From positions 1-24,578 of the IMG/VR virus record IMGVR_UViG_3300028591_000102: 24,578 bases of DNA; one strand, given 5' to 3'. The notes below the pieces were generated by a model. The model searched no databases, was not told the origin of the DNA, and worked only from the letters and a program-made list of their open reading frames with translations. Positions within the stretch are counted from its first letter, which is position 1, and each line of letters begins with the position of its first letter. Below, piece by piece: positions 21,163 through 24,578 of this stretch. The translations under genes were made by a program, and so were the position numbers. Source of the DNA: a virus (lineage: Duplodnaviria; Heunggongvirae; Uroviricota; Caudoviricetes).

Positions 21163-21272
21163 ATAATTACCTCCTTTACTCAATTTTTAAAGCTTAATGC
21201 TTTAATAAGCATTTTTCCTCTATTACAGAGTATCAGACAAAAAAGCAATGTTATATTTTTTATTGCTATAAT

Positions 21273-21300
21273 AAAAAAATTGCAGTATTTCTACTGCAAT
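21273..21300 (-). terminator. Intrinsic terminator separating the small-gene block from the giant gene
   Basis: 9-bp stem ATTGCAGTA/TACTGCAAT, GAAA loop and T-run on the minus strand, immediately after the deaminase stop. Confidence 0.8.
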
Positions 21301-21301
21301 C

Positions 21302-21724
21302 TTATTTAAACTTTTCTTCTACATATCCATCTTCGGTAGTGTAGAAGATTTTTTTGATATTTAATTCTCTAAGAAGCGCCATGCACGCAGGGCACGGACG
21401 CGAAGAAGCCAAAGTTCCATCTTTATATTCACGATAAAGATATATATGAACTTTAGTCCAATCTATTGAATCTCCAAACTTCCAGCGCAATTTCTGAATA
21501 AGGCTTACTTCCGCATGACACTTGCTTGGAGTATCCGCATCCTTATATCGGTAAATATTATATCGCGCCTGCAACGGCGACGTTTTATTGCTATTTGCCG
21601 CAGTTGCAACCACACTTCCTTTATACACGGCTGCCGCGCCAATCATAGGCGAAAAACGATGCGAACCAGTATAGGTGGCATTGTAGGATGCTTGATGTGC
21701 AAACTTAAAATATCTTTCCTTCAT
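21302..21724 (-). CDS. Zn-dependent cytidine/dCMP deaminase-superfamily protein (140 aa)
   Basis: IGAAAV...SN, CHAE, SRPCPACM and IKKIFYT motifs (HxE...PCxxC). No TAG. Confidence 0.85.
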   Translation of the reverse strand: MKERYFKFAHQASYNATYTGSHRFSPMIGAAAVYKGSVVATAANSNKTSPLQARYNIYRYKDADTPSKCHAEVSLIQKLRWKFGDSIDWTKVHIYLYREYKDGTLASSRPCPACMALLRELNIKKIFYTTEDGYVEEKFK

Positions 21725-22002
21725 TATTTAGTCTCCAACACATCTATAATTACTTCGGATTTACCGCCAGAATTGCTAAAAGCTACACGCTCTACATTAT
21801 TATCTGTGGCATACTTTAACATATCTTCAATAATACAAAGTTTTACTTGATGATCATTTTCACCAGCAATAGAAAATAATTTTAAAGAATTATCTATATC
21901 GTTTTTACGTTCTCCAAAATATACTTTGTATTCACCGAAAGAAGTCGATACATCATACCAAGTTTTTAACATACCATAACTCAACAATTCATCACTGCTC
22001 AT
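21724..22002 (-). CDS. Hypothetical protein (92 aa)
   Basis: ATGA and TAATG coupling to its neighbours, GGAG RBS. Confidence 0.7.
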   Translation of the reverse strand: MSSDELLSYGMLKTWYDVSTSFGEYKVYFGERKNDIDNSLKLFSIAGENDHQVKLCIIEDMLKYATDNNVERVAFSNSGGKSEVIIDVLETK

Positions 22003-22334
22003 TTTCTTGTCTCCAATATATCTAATACTATTTGATAATAATCGTTTTCAAACTTTATAAAAATATCTACATTATTTTCAAAACTATTAATAAATCCTTT
22101 AAGAAAATTAGTTGCCGCAGAGAAATTAAAGCAGTTATCATCATTTAGTTCATGAAATATTTTACTTGAATCATATTCCATAGGAATAAAGTTAATTTCA
22201 TATAAAATACCATCAAATTCAAAATTTTTTAGAACTCGGTCAAGAAATAGTCGCATGAGTTGCATACCGTCGATGTTATAGCAATCTACGGTTTTACCTG
22301 TTTTTATCTTTTCCACTATTTCAGAATATTTCAT
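21999..22334 (-). CDS. Hypothetical protein (111 aa)
   Basis: AAAGGA RBS before ATG 22334 (MKYSEIVEK). The track's longer start at 22445 would run through the promoter. TGA stop. Confidence 0.7.
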   Translation of the reverse strand: MKYSEIVEKIKTGKTVDCYNIDGMQLMRLFLDRVLKNFEFDGILYEINFIPMEYDSSKIFHELNDDNCFNFSAATNFLKGFINSFENNVDIFIKFENDYYQIVLDILETRK

Positions 22335-22358
22335 ACTCTCATTCCTTTCTATAATAAA

Positions 22359-22387
22359 ATTATAAATCAAATTATATAATTTGTCAA
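22359..22387 (-). promoter_or_regulatory. Sigma-A consensus promoter
   Basis: TTGACA (22387-22382), 17 nt, TATAAT (22364-22359). Confidence 0.8.
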
Positions 22388-22422
22388 TTATTAATTTTAC
22401 ATATAATTTTGAGGTGAGGTCT

Positions 22423-23076
22423 ATGAAAATTAAAATTAAAATCACAACTAATGAAAATATGAAATACTACAACTGTGCTAAAGATACTATTAAAGAAATA
22501 GATTTTGAAGAATATGTTGCTGTTGTAGTAGCTAGCGAAATAGGTAATGCACCGGAAGAAGCATTAAAAGCATAGGCTATTGCCTCTCGAACGTATGCTT
22601 GCGCGCAAGGAGTACTTAGTGGTAAAGTAATAAGTGATAATGCTAGTAAAGCACAAGCCTACCGGGCGCCACGTATATCATATAAAAATGCTAAGGCTGC
22701 GGCTAAAGCAACAGAAGGACAGGTATTAATGTATGGTGGTAAATATGCTTCAACCTATTTCTGTCATTCTAATGGCGGCCGCACTTATTCATCTGAAGAA
22801 GTATGGGGCGGTGTAAGAAATTATTTAGTTTCACGTAAAGACCCTTGGACCATAGAAAAAAAGAATGGGCACGGTGTAGGAATGTCGCAGGTCGGCGCAA
22901 TTAATGCCGCAAAATAGGGGGTAGGATTTTAGGAAATTTTATCTTTCTATTATCCTAAAACCATATTATCTAAAATTAAAATAGAATAGGAAGAAGAAGA
23001 CTCGGTTATGCGGGTTTTAGAAGATATTAAAGTCCGTATAGAAAATATATTAAAAGAAATAGAGGAAGCACTGTAA
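22423..23076 (+). CDS. spoIID: SpoIID/LytB-family lytic transglycosylase, compact form (217 aa; 4 TAG=Gln)
   Basis: GAGGTGAGGT RBS; EEYVAVVVASEI, EALKA[TAG]AIASRTYA, QAY, ATEGQVLMY, SNGGRT, VWGG..YLVS..DPW, GHGVGMSQVGA, EILSFYYP; TAA stop. Confidence 0.92.
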
Positions 23077-23097
23077 GTGCTTCCTCTTATTTTTTTT
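23061..23097 (+). terminator. Intrinsic terminator at the convergent gene junction
   Basis: 12-bp stem AGAGGAAGCACT/AGTGCTTCCTCT overlapping the SpoIID stop, followed by a T-run. Confidence 0.8.
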
Positions 23098-23539
23098 ACT
23101 CTTTTTCAGCATTAATACGTTCGTCAATTTGATGCTGAAGGGCGGCACGCTTTCCCTCAAGCTTAAGGCCAAAATCATTGAATTGCTCAATCATATCCCC
23201 AAGCCGTCGGTCTACGGCCTGAACGAACTTATTTGCTCGCTTAAAGAAAGACTTATAGCACTTGTCCTTCGCGCGCGAGAAAGCAATCATACGACCAAGT
23301 TCTTCATTCCATTCATCCCCAGCTGCACAAACCGCCTTACCTATAAATGAATTTGGCATTGCAAGTTTATCATTCATAAACCTAAAATATGTTGAATGTG
23401 ACAAATCAACATCTCTAAAATCAAAATGATCTTGAATAAAATTAATCAACATATCTCGCGTCTTAGGAATCACGCAAATTACTGTACGCTTCTCTTCATC
23501 AACATAAAACTTACATTCTGACATTTTAATACCGTTCAT
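23096..23539 (-). CDS. Conserved hypothetical phage protein (147 aa)
   Basis: AAGGAG RBS. GKAVCxxGDEWNEELGRMIAxxRA motif (GxAxCxxxDxFxxxxGxxIA type, common in phages) and a C-terminal coiled coil. Confidence 0.8.
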   Translation of the reverse strand: MNGIKMSECKFYVDEEKRTVICVIPKTRDMLINFIQDHFDFRDVDLSHSTYFRFMNDKLAMPNSFIGKAVCAAGDEWNEELGRMIAFSRAKDKCYKSFFKRANKFVQAVDRRLGDMIEQFNDFGLKLEGKRAALQHQIDERINAEKE

Positions 23540-23540
23540 A

Positions 23541-23753
23541 TTATTTCTCCTTTATTTTTTCTATTGCATTTTCTATAATTGCCAACAATATTATTCCAAT
23601 CGCTAATACACATCCGATAAGAAATGGAATCCATATAATAGCGCTTATCCATAGCCACGGTATAGTAATTACACCAGTGATTTTTAATACTATAACTGCG
23701 ACAATGCATAATATAATTAATATATCTATACACTTATCTTCAAAGTCTCTCAC
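23541..23753 (-). CDS. Small two-TM membrane protein (70 aa)
   Basis: GTGA overlap start with GGAGG upstream. LKITGVITIPWLW...IWIP hydrophobic hairpin motif frequent in phages. Confidence 0.75.
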   Translation of the reverse strand: MRDFEDKCIDILIILCIVAVIVLKITGVITIPWLWISAIIWIPFLIGCVLAIGIILLAIIENAIEKIKEK

Positions 23754-23956
23754 TCTTTAAAACCTCCACGAAGCCATTTAATCAAATTATAACGCCATAG
23801 AGATATTTTATTGAACTCACTATTATAAGCATATCCACAAGTAGGACATTTTTCATAGAAGACATTACCAGTTTCTGGAACATATAATGTACTACATTTT
23901 TCACACTTAATAATAGTTGTTTTATGACTTGGATTTGGAATTACATATTTAGCCAT
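23750..23956 (-). CDS. Zinc-ribbon protein (68 aa)
   Basis: GAGGAG RBS; CEKC...CPTCG. Confidence 0.75.
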   Translation of the reverse strand: MAKYVIPNPSHKTTIIKCEKCSTLYVPETGNVFYEKCPTCGYAYNSEFNKISLWRYNLIKWLRGGFKE

Positions 23957-23981
23957 TAATATCTCCTCACTTTCTATAATT

Positions 23982-24010
23982 ATTATAATATAATTTTAAT
24001 AGAAAGTCAA
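23982..24010 (-). promoter_or_regulatory. Sigma-A-type promoter
   Basis: TTGACT (24010-24005), 17 nt, TATAAT (23987-23982). Confidence 0.7.
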
Positions 24011-24013
24011 ATA

Positions 24014-24133
24014 TTAATTATGAAACCAAGTTTCACACCCACATTTATCGCAGCGCCAAAGTGATTCCATTTTCCCACGATACATTACAGTCCAATGATG
24101 CTTGCAAAAACGTTTCTTTAACCAATTAAACAT
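24014..24133 (-). CDS. Tiny Cys/His zinc-finger-like protein (39 aa)
   Basis: Not in the track (shorter than any listed ORF). GAGG upstream; MFNWLKKRFCKHHW...RCDKCGCE; TAA. Fills the gap between neighbours. Confidence 0.65.
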   Translation of the reverse strand: MFNWLKKRFCKHHWTVMYRGKMESLWRCDKCGCETWFHN

Positions 24134-24560
24134 ACATCAACCTCTTCATTAAATATTTAATTTCACTTATTTCTTTTTTTAGTTCTTGAATTTCATCTTT
24201 AACTTCTTTAATATCTTTATCGGTTGGAATAGTTACAGTAGTTTCTTTCTCTGAAGGCATAAATAGCATATTTTCTGCTTTTACCTTTAATACTTCTCCA
24301 GTTAATGGTGCATTAATGGGTATATTTAAAGTGGGAACTTCTGGTTTTTTACCTTGATCTATAATTTTTATTACGTTGCCATATTGTGTTTCATAATAAA
24401 AATCATGTCCACATTCACAACAAGTGCAATACGATGTACTGATATTTGGATTACCATTTACTAGTTCTCCATCTTTATATTCTTGTATCCAACCCATTGC
24501 AGTTGTAGTTGAATAATGATATTGATAATGACTTTCGCCGCAATTAGGACATTTAATCAT
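24126..24560 (-). CDS. Zinc-ribbon protein with C-terminal coiled coil (about 144 aa)
   Basis: GGAGAGG RBS favours ATG 24560; CPNCG...CCECG; IKEVKDEIQELKKEISEIK heptads. Confidence 0.75.
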   Translation of the reverse strand: MIKCPNCGESHYQYHYSTTTAMGWIQEYKDGELVNGNPNISTSYCTCCECGHDFYYETQYGNVIKIIDQGKKPEVPTLNIPINAPLTGEVLKVKAENMLFMPSEKETTVTIPTDKDIKEVKDEIQELKKEISEIKYLMKRLMYV

Positions 24561-24578
24561 CTTCATCCTCTCCAATTA

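Noticed and set aside
672-21850. Plus-strand track ORFs (e.g. 1357..1737, 2018..2410, 2789..3217, 7744..8052, 9913..10293, 21515..21850)
   Set aside because: They are antisense shadows of well-supported minus-strand genes and show no recognisable protein motifs.
22335-22445. N-terminal extensions given in the track for ORFs 21999..22445 and 22381..22575
   Set aside because: They overlap the divergent promoter region. Good RBSs support starts at 22334 (minus) and 22423 (plus).
22573-22575. TAG as pyrrolysine, or as Trp via A-to-I editing by the nearby deaminase
   Set aside because: TAG aligns with conserved Gln (EALKAQA, RIQ, poly-Gln), not Lys or Trp, and no pyl genes are seen.
2407-23076. 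Decayed prophage or pseudogene interpretation of the fragmented ORFs
   Set aside because: Interruptions are exclusively TAG, with no frameshifts or internal TAA/TGA, and catalytic motifs, RBSs and terminators are intact.
4542-23733. Alternative-frame minus-strand track ORFs (4542..4730, 12939..13169, 15264..15509, 17091..17321, 23536..23733)
   Set aside because: They are nested in or almost fully overlap better-supported genes, and most have the Met/Leu/Ile-rich composition typical of off-frame reads.
1-24578. CRISPR array, IS/transposase, integrase, rRNA or DGR template repeat
   Set aside because: No regularly spaced direct repeats, recombinase or RT motifs, or long near-duplicate DNA segments were seen by eye.

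Overview
AT-rich, gene-dense segment of a large tailed bacteriophage. Strong GGAGG ribosome-binding sites, consensus sigma-A promoters and a SpoIID homologue suggest a Bacillota/Clostridia host (inference). The key feature is that TAG is read as Gln (genetic code 15). The standard-code ORF track is fragmented, but the fragments join in frame across TAG codons, every complete gene then ends in TAA or TGA, and TAG falls on conserved Gln residues (SpoIID EALKA[Q]A; RI[Q]L in three tail-protein paralogues). Re-read this way, the window holds five blocks, almost all on the minus strand. (1) Tail fibre/adhesin-type genes (1-5537). (2) An uncharacterised cassette of ferritin-like, BclA-C-like, Gly-rich and Gln-rich genes, with a candidate sRNA and a palindromic-loop leader (5549-8322). 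(3) A lysis block with an SH3b protein, an LL-H-type holin, an NlpC/P60-SH3b endolysin and a membrane protein (8331-10232). (4) A DUF4376-like gene and one 3105-aa multidomain protein with a CotH-like kinase, LRR and lectin-like regions, interrupted by about 27 TAGs (11845-21162). (5) TAG-free small genes behind sigma-A promoters, including a Zn-dependent deaminase, surrounding a plus-strand TAG-recoded SpoIID gene (21302-24560). No suppressor tRNA, release factor, CRISPR array or transposase was seen. All domain calls come from motifs recognised by eye, not from database searches.
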